From an uncultured bacterium (GTDB lineage Bacteria; Armatimonadota; Abditibacteriia; Abditibacteriales; Abditibacteriaceae): 64,000 nt of DNA. Below the pieces are notes generated by a model. The model searched no databases. It was not told the origin of the DNA and saw only the letters and a list, made by a program, of their open reading frames with translations. Position 1 is the first letter of the stretch; the number at the start of each line of letters is the position of its first letter. The position numbers and the translations under genes are program-made. Below, piece by piece: positions 53,048-62,318 of this stretch. The stretch spans positions 496,001 to 560,000 of the forward strand of contig CAWJLW010000006.1 of assembly GCA_963843795.1 (NCBI GenBank). Reading direction: 5' to 3'.

Positions 53048-53347
53048 ATGAGCGAGATTAATACGATGGACGATTTAACCACCAGCACGACAATCAAGGC
53101 CAGCACAGGACAAATGTCATGCGATCTGGCCGGTGAAGCGGCGATTTTGAACTTGACGACCGGCATTTATTACGGTCTTGATCCAGTTGGGGCGCGTGTC
53201 TGGGAATTGGTGCAGAAGCCGACCACGCTGGGCGCGCTGCGCGATGAACTCTTGCATGAATACGAGGTCGAGGCCCAAGTTCTTGAAAGCGACCTGCGGG
53301 CATTGCTCGGCGATATGTTGCAACATGGCTTGATCGAAAGCAGTTAA
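53048..53347 (+). CDS. Lasso peptide B1 / PqqD-family RiPP recognition element
   Basis: DLAGEAAILN..YYGLDPVGARVWELV..YEV. Confidence 0.92.
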   Translation: MSEINTMDDLTTSTTIKASTGQMSCDLAGEAAILNLTTGIYYGLDPVGARVWELVQKPTTLGALRDELLHEYEVEAQVLESDLRALLGDMLQHGLIESS

Positions 53348-53401
53348 CATAAGCGTGGATAAGCGTTACATCAACGTCATGTTGATGATCGAAATTTTGC
53401 G

Positions 53402-53929
53402 ATGGCAATTGTGGCATTGAGGTGGTTGCGACCTTTACGACGTGGGATAGCTGCGCCATGGCGACGTAAGCGTTTGCTATTGGGCGCACTGCCGTTGTTG
53501 TGGAAAGTGCGTCTGGGTTTGTGGCTATCATCATTAAACGCGCTGCAAAAGCGCGTCGAGCGCTGGGGACGCGGCCGTTATTCCGCGCCGATTGATCTCG
53601 CGCGCAAAAAAACTGAAGCTCCCGAAGCTATTGGTGCCGAACTCGACATTGAACACGTCATGACGTGGCGCGAAAACCATTGGGCTTTGTCGCGCGGTGC
53701 ACGCCTTGTTCCGGCTGCGACGTGCCTGACCCAGGCGCTTTCAATGCAAGTACTTCTCGGACGTGCGGGTTATCCTTCGCGCTTATATATTGGCGTGAAG
53801 AAAAGCGTCAAAGGCGGTTTCGAAGCGCACGCTTGGGTTGAATGCGGTAATTGCATCGTCATCGGCGGATCGAGATCAGACTCTTGGACGCCACTGACAG
53901 CTTGGGATTTCACGCCGCATCGCCGCTGA
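53402..53929 (+). CDS. Lasso peptide B2 leader peptidase (transglutaminase-like)
   Basis: CLTQAL..IGV..FEAHAWVE. Confidence 0.92.
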   Translation: MAIVALRWLRPLRRGIAAPWRRKRLLLGALPLLWKVRLGLWLSSLNALQKRVERWGRGRYSAPIDLARKKTEAPEAIGAELDIEHVMTWRENHWALSRGARLVPAATCLTQALSMQVLLGRAGYPSRLYIGVKKSVKGGFEAHAWVECGNCIVIGGSRSDSWTPLTAWDFTPHRR

Positions 53930-54004
53930 TTGTGAATGTCAAAAGCGAATGCCACAAGCGAATGTTAGAACAAACGCAGACAGCAATTTTCTCACTTCCC
54001 TTTT

Positions 54005-56143
54005 ATGAGCGGTATTGCAGGTTTTTACGAATTGGCCCGTCCAGCCGAGTTCGGTCTTATCGAGCGCATGACGAAAATCATGGCGCATCGGGGGCCCGAT
54101 GGCGACGATCATTGGCAAAACAATCGCGTTGCGCTGGGTCATTGTTCGCTCATCACCACTCCTGAAGCGCAGCACGAAACTTTGCCTCTGCATAGTGCGC
54201 CCTGCGGATTAACCCTAACTTGTGATGCGCGATTGGACAATCGCGATGAACTGCTGGCGCAATTAACGGATGAACTCGAGCGCCTGCAAGTACTTGCAGA
54301 ACCGTTGAAAGCAGAAAATGTCGGTGATGGCGCGCTGATTTTAGCGGCCTATATGCGCTGGGGCGAAGGGTGTGCGGAGCAATTGTTGGGCGATTTCGCG
54401 TTCGCGATTTGGGATGAGAACAAGCAACGATTGTTCTGCGCGCGTGACCATGTGGGTGTGAAACCGTTTTATTATCATCACGCAGCGGGCGAACATTTTG
54501 TTTTCGCCAGCGAAATTAAAGCGATTTTTCAGATGCCTCAGGTTTCGCGCGCGCGCAACGAAAAACGTATCGCCGAGTATTTGCTGTTCGCGTTTTCTGA
54601 CCACGAAAGCACCTTTTACTCGCAAGTTAGGCGCTTGCCCGCTGCGCACACGCTGACTGTTTCTCGTAGCGAATTTCGTTTGCAGCGTTACTGGAATTTG
54701 AGCGAAACACCAATGCAACATGGCTTATCAGATGCCGAAGCCGATGCGCGTTTTCGCGAAATTCTGTATGAAGCGGTGCGCTGTCGATTGCGGGGACGCG
54801 CGGGCGAGGTCGGTGGATTTTTGAGCGGTGGCCTCGATTCGTCGTCGTTGATGTGTGTGGCTCGCGAAGTGAAACGCGAGCAAACGCTCGCTGGCGAACA
54901 ATCGGAACCGCTGCCAGTTTTTTCAACGATTTACGATGAGGTGCCGGAATGTGACGAACGCCAGTGGATAAATAATGTGCTCGATATGGGCGGCTTGAAG
55001 CCGAACTGGATTAAGGGCGAAAGTCGCAGCGCTCTGATGGATTTGGAAGAAATTCAATGGTTCGTCGACGAGCCGTTGTTGGCACCGAATTTATGTTCTG
55101 GATGGGCGCAATATCAGCGGGCGAGCGAGCAAGGCGTGCGCGTTTTGCTGGACGGTCATGGCGGCGATGAGGTAATTGGTTCGGGTTACAATCGCCTGAA
55201 TGAGCTGGCGCGTGCCAAACAATGGAAAACCCTGTGGCGCGAGCTGCGTTTGCTGGAGCGCAACGGCTTTTGGGGTGATGATGGCGTCTCGGCCAATGCC
55301 ATGATGCGTTTATATCTGGCGGCACTGTGGACTCCGGCGCGCCTGACACGACGCGTTGTCGCTGCCATAGCACGCCGCTTGAATCGCAACGAAAAACGCC
55401 ATGCGAGCGCGCAGAATGTTGGCTCTGCAATCGACACGAAAATTGCGGAAGGAGACGAAATTATCAACGCCGATTTCGCTCGCCGCATCGACGCGGCGTC
55501 GCTTCACGAAGCGTGGGAGCGCGAGCAACCTCGACCCAACTGCGGAGACCGCGAAACTAATGAGCGCGTGTTGGCAACTGCGTTGCAAACGATGGCTTTG
55601 GAAACGCTCGATAAAGCTGCAGCCGCATCAGGCGTGGAAGCGCGCTATCCGCTGTGGGACAAAAGGTTGGTCGAGTTTTGTTTGGCTTTGCCTGCGCAGC
55701 ACCGTTTGCGCGATGGTTGGAGCCGCTTGATTATTCGTCGTGCTTTAGAAAATGTGCTGCCTCCCGAAGTACAGTGGCGCACCAGCAAAAATAATTTCAT
55801 GGGAGAATTGCGGCGCGGGCTGCGCGTTTATGAAACCAAACGATTGCGCGCGCTGGCTCATGACGAAAGTTCGCTGCTCAAAGATTACGTTGATAAAGCC
55901 AAGCTGAATTCTTTCATCGAAAAAACGCTTGGCGATGAGCCACACAAAACCTGCCACGCTCACGATGTTCTGCGTGCGGCTTGTTTCCAAGCCTGGCTGT
56001 TGAAAACTGAGACGGAGACAGACGATGAAAATAGAAAGCAAAGTTATCATAAGAACAATCAGCCTGCAGTCCGAGAAGGCGATAGTTTGGACGAAATCTC
56101 TACATTGAAGCTTGCAAAGAATGTTTTCAGTGAGCACCGATAG
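54005..56143 (+). CDS. Lasso peptide cyclase (asparagine synthetase-like)
   Basis: MSGIAG (no catalytic Cys2), ARDHVGVKP, LSGGLDSS, DGHGGDE, RYPLWDKRLVEF; follows B1/B2. Confidence 0.92.
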   Translation: MSGIAGFYELARPAEFGLIERMTKIMAHRGPDGDDHWQNNRVALGHCSLITTPEAQHETLPLHSAPCGLTLTCDARLDNRDELLAQLTDELERLQVLAEPLKAENVGDGALILAAYMRWGEGCAEQLLGDFAFAIWDENKQRLFCARDHVGVKPFYYHHAAGEHFVFASEIKAIFQMPQVSRARNEKRIAEYLLFAFSDHESTFYSQVRRLPAAHTLTVSRSEFRLQRYWNLSETPMQHGLSDAEADARFREILYEAVRCRLRGRAGEVGGFLSGGLDSSSLMCVAREVKREQTLAGEQSEPLPVFSTIYDEVPECDERQWINNVLDMGGLKPNWIKGESRSALMDLEEIQWFVDEPLLAPNLCSGWAQYQRASEQGVRVLLDGHGGDEVIGSGYNRLNELARAKQWKTLWRELRLLERNGFWGDDGVSANAMMRLYLAALWTPARLTRRVVAAIARRLNRNEKRHASAQNVGSAIDTKIAEGDEIINADFARRIDAASLHEAWEREQPRPNCGDRETNERVLATALQTMALETLDKAAAASGVEARYPLWDKRLVEFCLALPAQHRLRDGWSRLIIRRALENVLPPEVQWRTSKNNFMGELRRGLRVYETKRLRALAHDESSLLKDYVDKAKLNSFIEKTLGDEPHKTCHAHDVLRAACFQAWLLKTETETDDENRKQSYHKNNQPAVREGDSLDEISTLKLAKNVFSEHR

Positions 56144-56300
56144 ACATTCAAATTTTGGGTTGATATAGTTTGTAAATCAGCAGTCAAGCCAATTTTTAAA
56201 GAAGTTGAAATGCTCAAGTAGAATGATGTGTCTTAAAGATATGGTTGTTAGTTTTTTTCTGCCGGATCAAACGACGTTACGCTTACAAGGAGGTGCTAAT

Positions 56301-56438
56301 ATGAAAAAGTCTTACGAATCCCCTCGTCTGGTCGTCCACGGTGACGTCGAGAAAGTGACTCAGGGTACGGCCAACGGTAACTTCACCGACAAGCAGTTCC
56401 CCGTTGACACTCCCAAGCCGCAACTGACCTTCTCGTAA
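56301..56438 (+). CDS. Lasso precursor A1 (45 aa)
   Basis: AAGGAGG RBS; leader MKKSYESPRLVVHGDVEKVTQ (YxxPxL, Thr-2); core GTANGNFTDKQFPVDTPKPQLTFS with Asp9 and C-terminal Ser. Confidence 0.92.
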   Translation: MKKSYESPRLVVHGDVEKVTQGTANGNFTDKQFPVDTPKPQLTFS

Positions 56439-56823
56439 AGAGTTTGTGATGGTCACTTGACTTTTTGAGTCGACTGAGCGTCATGCACTGAGAATCAATC
56501 CGCGTTTTGGTTCGGTAGAAAAAAGTTCGCATCCATATCTTTAGCATTATCTCTTCAAGCCATCGCGCATTAATACGCGATGGCTTGAATTTTTGGTTTT
56601 GGCGAACCCAAAATTATGCTCGATGTTTATCCCGATTGTTACTGGTGGATTTCAAGATGATTACAGAGAAATATAAAAGCCATGATTTATTCGCTCAGCA
56701 AATAACAGAACCTTTATAAATGACCATAAGAATTTTAGATTCTGGTTTATAATGGAAGGCGATAAAGGTGTTAATTTTTTTCTGCCGGATCAAACGACGT
56801 TACGCTTACAAGGAGGTGCTAAT

Positions 56824-56961
56824 ATGAAAAAGTCTTACGAATCCCCTCGTCTGGTCGTCCACGGTGACGTCGAGAAAGTGACTCAGGGTACGGCCAACGG
56901 TAACTTCACCGACAAGCAGTTCCCCGTTGACACTCCCAAGCCGCAACTGACCTTCTCGTGA
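56824..56961 (+). CDS. Lasso precursor A2 (identical to A1)
   Basis: 185-bp identical duplication 56252-56436 / 56775-56959. Confidence 0.92.
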   Translation: MKKSYESPRLVVHGDVEKVTQGTANGNFTDKQFPVDTPKPQLTFS

Positions 56962-57264
56962 ACTTAGTAAATGAATGGTGGATCATCATTCGCCAGGTTT
57001 ACTCGAGTTACAACCGCGTTTTGGTTCGGTAGAAAAAAATCTCACTTTTATCATTCTTATCGGGTTATCAATTGCCCGATTTTCTAAGCCATCGCACGCT
57101 CTACGCGATGGCTTTTATTTATTGTCGCAACACTTGTGCTTTCAGATTAACTGCCAACTACTTGCAGGGCAAAGGCTGAGGCCGAACTTGCCACGCGTGC
57201 GCCCGAGCCATATAATTGTTGTTACTATAATTACAAAATATTTTAGCTCATCGGAGATGTCACT

Positions 57265-57423
57265 ATGAAAGACATTCGCAAAACTTACCAGGCGCCGCGC
57301 TTGTTCGTTCACGGCTGCGTTGAAGACGTGACCCGCGCAACTAACAAAGGTACCAGTATCGATCGCCAGTTTGTCTGCGCCAGCATTTCAGTGGGTCCAA
57401 TCGGTCCTCCCTGCACTTCCTAA
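57265..57423 (+). CDS. Lasso precursor A3 (52 aa, two Cys in tail)
   Basis: GGAG RBS; MKDIRKTYQAPRLFVHGCVEDVTR / ATNKGTSIDRQFVCASISVGPIGPPCTS; absent from the ORF track. Confidence 0.85.
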   Translation: MKDIRKTYQAPRLFVHGCVEDVTRATNKGTSIDRQFVCASISVGPIGPPCTS

Positions 57424-57493
57424 ATTGTTGACTTTGAGTTGTTCTTTTGCAGTGATTCCCGGTTTCGTTCGACAGCAATTTGATGAACAAATT

Positions 57494-57640
57494 ATGAAAA
57501 TTTTTTGCAAAAAAAATTACTGCTCGCCGCGCCTCGTCGTTCACGGCAACATGGATCAGGTCGTATATGCTACCCAAAGCAGTGTGGGACACAAGCGCAT
57601 TAGCAGCGACCGCTATGTTATCGGTGTCTCTTTATCCTGA
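57494..57640 (+). CDS. Divergent lasso-precursor-like ORF A4 (48 aa)
   Basis: MKIFCKKNYCSPRLVVHGNMDQVVYATQSSVGHKRISSDRYVIGVSLS; leader motif kept, core atypical. Confidence 0.6.
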   Translation: MKIFCKKNYCSPRLVVHGNMDQVVYATQSSVGHKRISSDRYVIGVSLS

Positions 57641-57676
57641 AACAAATTTCAACTTGACTTTTCGATTTCTTCGAAT

Positions 57677-57711
57677 AAAAAAGCCACCGCAAGACAATGC
57701 GGTGGCTTTTT
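57677..57711 (+). terminator. Intrinsic terminator after the precursor array
   Basis: AAAAAGCCACCGCA-AGACAA-TGCGGTGGCTTTTT; related hairpins near 56557 and 57086. Confidence 0.75.
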
Positions 57712-57969
57712 CGCGTATTGCTGGTTTCCTCCATCGCCCTCAATTTCAACGGATTGTTGCTTGTTGGCCAAATTCATGCGTTGGAATTCCAACGCGGCCT
57801 TCAAGTGAGCTATAAACGCGCGCAGTCGCCTTTAATTAGTGGGTGCGCGCTTGATTTTCAGTGTGGTGCGTTGTCGTTTGATGGCCAGATTAATGGCCAG
57901 ATTGGTCGCGTTGCGCGACAATTGCCATACTCGAAGGCAAATCTCGTAATTGTCAGTTCGCATTATTCT

Positions 57970-58905
57970 ATGTCTTTTTATTATCAGGCGTATGGCTTAA
58001 ATTTCATTTCGCAGATAGAAATTCCTGAACTCGATGCCTGTGCACCCGATGCCGCGCCCGATGCGCAGATTGTCTTCTGCGAACACCCGATTCCGATTGC
58101 CGACGATGGCTTCGCGATTGATGAAGATGGCGCGGTGCGCTTGCACTTTTCAATCGTTGGCAGCTTTCGTATTAGTGGCGGCAACTTAATCGAAGTTGAG
58201 CCTCTGCCTACAGTTGATAAAGATACTTTGCGTTTGCCGCTTCTGGGCGCGGCAATGGCAGTTTTACTGCAGCAGCGCGGCCTGTTTTCGCTCCATGCCA
58301 GTGCGGTTGCAATTGATGGACGCGCGGCGATTTTTATCGGTGATAAAGGTCAGGGGAAATCGACGATGTCCTCGATGCTGTATGGGCGTGGACACGAAAT
58401 AATTGCCGATGATATCGCTGTTATTGACGATCACACAACGGCTTTGAAAAGCGCTGCAAGTACTTGCAAGCTCCAAAATTTGCTGGTGCGCCCTGGTTTT
58501 CCGCAGTTCAAGTTAGTGCCCGATGCGCTCAAAGCTTCTTTCGATCTCGAAAGCGACGAAATGCCTTCGGTTTCGCCGCTGGTCGATAAGCGCGCGGTGC
58601 GCTTGAACGAGCGTTTTCTGCAAATGCCCGCACCTTTGGCGCGTGTTTACATTTTGATGGACGGCGAGTGGAAATTGGAAGCCTTGCCGCCGCAAGAAGC
58701 GCTGCGTCATTTGATTACGCATTCTTACAGCGCGCGCTTTGGACGCCAACTGCTGGCCGGTGCGGCAGGCGCGCGCCATTTGCAAATGTGCGGTCAATTG
58801 ATCAATGCCGATGTCGTACGCTGCCTGCAACGCCCGCGCGACCTGAGTTTTCTCAAAGAAGTCGCGGCCCGCGTCGAAGCTGATATGCGTTCGGTTCAAA
58901 TTTAA
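57970..58905 (+). CDS. HPr-kinase-like lasso peptide kinase (PadeK/PsmK-type)
   Basis: YQAYGL, LHASAV, GDKGQGKST, IADD; probable start 57970. Confidence 0.88.
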   Translation: MSFYYQAYGLNFISQIEIPELDACAPDAAPDAQIVFCEHPIPIADDGFAIDEDGAVRLHFSIVGSFRISGGNLIEVEPLPTVDKDTLRLPLLGAAMAVLLQQRGLFSLHASAVAIDGRAAIFIGDKGQGKSTMSSMLYGRGHEIIADDIAVIDDHTTALKSAASTCKLQNLLVRPGFPQFKLVPDALKASFDLESDEMPSVSPLVDKRAVRLNERFLQMPAPLARVYILMDGEWKLEALPPQEALRHLITHSYSARFGRQLLAGAAGARHLQMCGQLINADVVRCLQRPRDLSFLKEVAARVEADMRSVQI

Positions 58906-59044
58906 AACTGGTGCGAAAACGCTTCGGTTTCTTTTCACAGTCCAATCGTCAAAGCATTTAAACTGAACGCAGTTGTTGCGACCTGTCTGAGATGCTTGCT
59001 TTGTAGAACGATCTGCAAGTACTTGCGGAGGTTCGCAGGCAATC

Positions 59045-60970
59045 GTGGCGGTTGACAGCGCTCAAACTTTTATTTTCTCCATGTCGATTTCGACGTCACA
59101 AAATTCGCCTTCCGACCCCAAATTTGCGTCGGCTTCGGCCAGCACAGACAAGGCTTCGCTGTGGTCGCGTGCACTAGGCCGCATTGGGCGCACATTGGCG
59201 CTCAAACGCGCCCTTTTGCTGGTATGGCAAAGCAGCCCGCGCTGGACGATTGCCTCAGCAATTTTAGTCGTAGTGCAGGGCATTTTGCCACTGATTCCGC
59301 TGTGGCTTATCGGCGTTCTGGTCAATGTGGTGAGCAAAGGTGCGACATCGCCCGATCCGTCTGCGGTTTCGCGCGAAGTCATCCTTTTGGTGGCGGCGAT
59401 GGGCGCGACGGTTTTGGTTTCAGCGAGCGCGGGTTCTTTGGCAACTTTTGTCAGTTCGGCACATGCGCAGGAAGTTTCCGATTTCATGAGCAGCGTTTTG
59501 CAGCGCAAAGCGGTCGGCGCCGATCTGGAATATTACGAAAACGCCGAGTATTTCGATACGCTACATCGCGCGCAGGGCGAAGCGCCGTTGCGTCCGGTGC
59601 GCATTGTCAATGGCCTGATGCAGCTTGGTCAAAATGCCATTGCATTAATCGCGGTTTCGATTATCTTGGCCGCCCTGCACCCGGCACTGATTTTGGTTTT
59701 AATCGTGGGCGCGATTCCGGGTTTGCTGGTGCGCGCGCGCTTTATCGGCATTAATCTGGCGTGGCAGCGTAGCCGTTCCTCGCTCGAACGCAAGACGATG
59801 TATTTCAACTGGGTGCTGACCCATTCGATGTGGGCCAAAGAAGTACGTTTGTTTGATCTGGGCGATATTTTTATCACGCGCCACAAGGTATTGCGCGACC
59901 AGATGCGCGGCGAACTCCTGGGCATCGCCCGCCAGCGCGCGGGTGCCGAAATCGGGGCGCAGATGTTTGTGGTAATTCCGATGTTCGCCTGCATCGCTTA
60001 CATCGCTTTGTTAGCTTTGAAAGGACAGATCGTTCCGGGTACATTGGTGACATATTTCCTGCTTTTCCAACGCGCGCAAACCACGGTGCAAGGCTTGCTG
60101 GGCAGCGCGTTGGGTTTGCATGAAGACAATATGTTCCTGACGCACATTTATGAATTTCTTGATTTGCAGCCCAAAATTGCCTCGCCGACAGATCCGGTGG
60201 CCCTCCCGCGCCCGATGCAAAAAGGAATTCGCTTTGAAAACGTGCATTTTTCCTATCCACTCAGCACGCGTCCGGCGTTGCAGGGCATCGATTTGCACAT
60301 CGCACCCGGCGAAGTGGTGGCGATTGTGGGCGAAAACGGTTCGGGCAAAAGTACTCTGGTCAAACTGTTGTGTCGCTTGTATGATCCTGATAGCGGTTGT
60401 CTCAGCATTGATGGCACCGATATTCGCGCAATGGACGTGACCGATTTGCGCCGCGACATCAGCGTGATTTTTCAAGATTACGTGCATTACGATCTCAGCG
60501 CGCGCGAAAATATCTGGGTCGGGCACAGTGATTTAGATTTAAATGATGAGCGCATCGAAAAAGCGGCCATGCGTTCGGGCGCGCACGAAGTGATTCAGCG
60601 CTTGCCCAACGGCTACGAAACCTTGCTCAGCCGTTCGTTTGAAGATGGCGAAGAATTGTCGATTGGTCAGTGGCAAAAAATCGCCATCGCGCGCGCCTTT
60701 TTGCGGCCTTCGCAGGTGATTGTGCTGGACGAACCAACGAGCGCGCTTGATCCGCGCGCCGAGGCCGAAGTTTTCGATAAGTTTCGCGAACTGGTGCAAG
60801 ATCAGGCGGCGATTTTAATCAGCCATCGTTTATCGACGGTAAAAATGGCGGACCGTATTTGCGTAATGCAAGACGGGCGCATCGTGGAAAACGGTTCGCA
60901 CCACGAGTTGATGGAACAAGGTGGCGTTTACGCCGATTTATTTGAGCGTCAGGCGGCGGCGTATAAGTAA
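59045..60970 (+). CDS. ABC exporter (TM plus NBD)
   Basis: GENGSGKS, LSIGQWQK, LDEPT, SHR. Confidence 0.93.
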   Translation: MAVDSAQTFIFSMSISTSQNSPSDPKFASASASTDKASLWSRALGRIGRTLALKRALLLVWQSSPRWTIASAILVVVQGILPLIPLWLIGVLVNVVSKGATSPDPSAVSREVILLVAAMGATVLVSASAGSLATFVSSAHAQEVSDFMSSVLQRKAVGADLEYYENAEYFDTLHRAQGEAPLRPVRIVNGLMQLGQNAIALIAVSIILAALHPALILVLIVGAIPGLLVRARFIGINLAWQRSRSSLERKTMYFNWVLTHSMWAKEVRLFDLGDIFITRHKVLRDQMRGELLGIARQRAGAEIGAQMFVVIPMFACIAYIALLALKGQIVPGTLVTYFLLFQRAQTTVQGLLGSALGLHEDNMFLTHIYEFLDLQPKIASPTDPVALPRPMQKGIRFENVHFSYPLSTRPALQGIDLHIAPGEVVAIVGENGSGKSTLVKLLCRLYDPDSGCLSIDGTDIRAMDVTDLRRDISVIFQDYVHYDLSARENIWVGHSDLDLNDERIEKAAMRSGAHEVIQRLPNGYETLLSRSFEDGEELSIGQWQKIAIARAFLRPSQVIVLDEPTSALDPRAEAEVFDKFRELVQDQAAILISHRLSTVKMADRICVMQDGRIVENGSHHELMEQGGVYADLFERQAAAYK

Positions 60971-61037
60971 ACAAATGCTTGGCAAGTAACTTGCTAAACA
61001 TTTGACATCAGAACTTCGGGCATGAAGCTCAACAGTT

Positions 61038-62291
61038 ATGGAAATAGAAAAATCACATTCCGATAGCCAGAGTGCGATGCGTGCGCGCGAAGTCGTGGTT
61101 TTGTGCGCGCGCGCCCACCTGTCGGACGATGCCGAAGCTCGTCTGGCGCGGGTGCGCGCTCAGGATGTCGATTGGCCGCAGGTTCATTCACTGGCAACGC
61201 GTCATCGCGTTTTGCCCTTGTTGTTGCGTCAGCTCAAAAATCGCGATTGGGAACAAGTGCCCGAAGGTTTGCGTTTCGCATTGGAACAGTTTTTTCAATT
61301 CAACGCCGCCCACACATTTTCGCTATCACGCGAATTATTGCGTTTAGAGCAGCTCTTCAAAGCGCACAACATCGCCATGACCAGCTTCAAAGGCCCCACG
61401 CTGGCGGCAACTTTGTATGGCAGTCCGGCGTGGCGTCAGTTCGGCGACCTCGATATCTTGGTGTCGCGGCGCGAAGTTTTGCGTGCCCGCGAACTGTTAA
61501 TGCAAAGCGGTTATCGCTTGCGCGTGCCACTGGATGCCGCACAGGACGCGGCGCATTTTCGGGACGATTCCGTTTACGATTTGATGCGCGATAAGCCCGA
61601 TGTGATGCTGGAAATGCACTGGTCGCTGACCACGCGTAGCTTCGCGCGCCCTTTGCGCTTGGAACATCTGCTGGCCAATCTGCATCGCGCGCCCCTCGCG
61701 GGTGGAGAAGCGACTTATTTGGGCCGCGAGGATTTGCTGTTACTGTTATGCATTCACGGCACCAAGCATTTGTGGGAGCGATTGTCGTGGATTTGCGATG
61801 TCGCCGATTTTTTGCGCTTGCAAGACGCAGAAAATCCCATCAATTGGGAACGAATGCAGCAGTTGGCCGAACGATTTGCAGTTAAACGGATGGTGGCGCT
61901 GGGTTTGATTTTGGCGCACGATATTCTGGATGCGCCGCTGCCGACCGAAATCGAAAAATGGGCGCACAGCCAAAAGCGCGTGCAGGTACTTGCCGCCAGT
62001 ATCGAAGCGCACTTATTTACTGAAGAGAAAAAAGACGATTCAGAAGAAAGTCCCGAACACTCGGAAATCGCTCTGGCGCGCTCGCTAATGGACACGATGG
62101 ACGCTTGGCCCGACCGCGTGCGCTTCGCGTGGCACATTTTTTCGACGCCTTCGGTTGAAGAGCGCGCCGCGCTGGTTTTGCCCGGCCCATTGGAATATTT
62201 ACGACCTGTTGTGCGCGCCACACGCTTAATTTCCTCGCACGGCGCACAAGCTATAGCCGCGCGCTTTAATAAGGACAAGGTGCGCGGCTAA
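61038..62291 (+). CDS. Nucleotidyltransferase, NTP_transf_5-like family
   Basis: HRVLPL, FKGPTLA..Y..RQFGDLDILV, EMHW, HGTKH.W.RL.W..D. Confidence 0.88.
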   Translation: MEIEKSHSDSQSAMRAREVVVLCARAHLSDDAEARLARVRAQDVDWPQVHSLATRHRVLPLLLRQLKNRDWEQVPEGLRFALEQFFQFNAAHTFSLSRELLRLEQLFKAHNIAMTSFKGPTLAATLYGSPAWRQFGDLDILVSRREVLRARELLMQSGYRLRVPLDAAQDAAHFRDDSVYDLMRDKPDVMLEMHWSLTTRSFARPLRLEHLLANLHRAPLAGGEATYLGREDLLLLLCIHGTKHLWERLSWICDVADFLRLQDAENPINWERMQQLAERFAVKRMVALGLILAHDILDAPLPTEIEKWAHSQKRVQVLAASIEAHLFTEEKKDDSEESPEHSEIALARSLMDTMDAWPDRVRFAWHIFSTPSVEERAALVLPGPLEYLRPVVRATRLISSHGAQAIAARFNKDKVRG

Positions 62292-62318
62292 AGGGTGCTG
62301 CAAGTACTTGCCAGAATC

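Noticed and set aside
54005..56143. Housekeeping asparagine synthetase AsnB
   Set aside because: Lacks the N-terminal catalytic Cys and is flanked by B1, B2 and precursor genes
57697..57969. N-terminal extension of the lasso kinase
   Set aside because: Begins inside a terminator hairpin; family-like sequence starts at 57970
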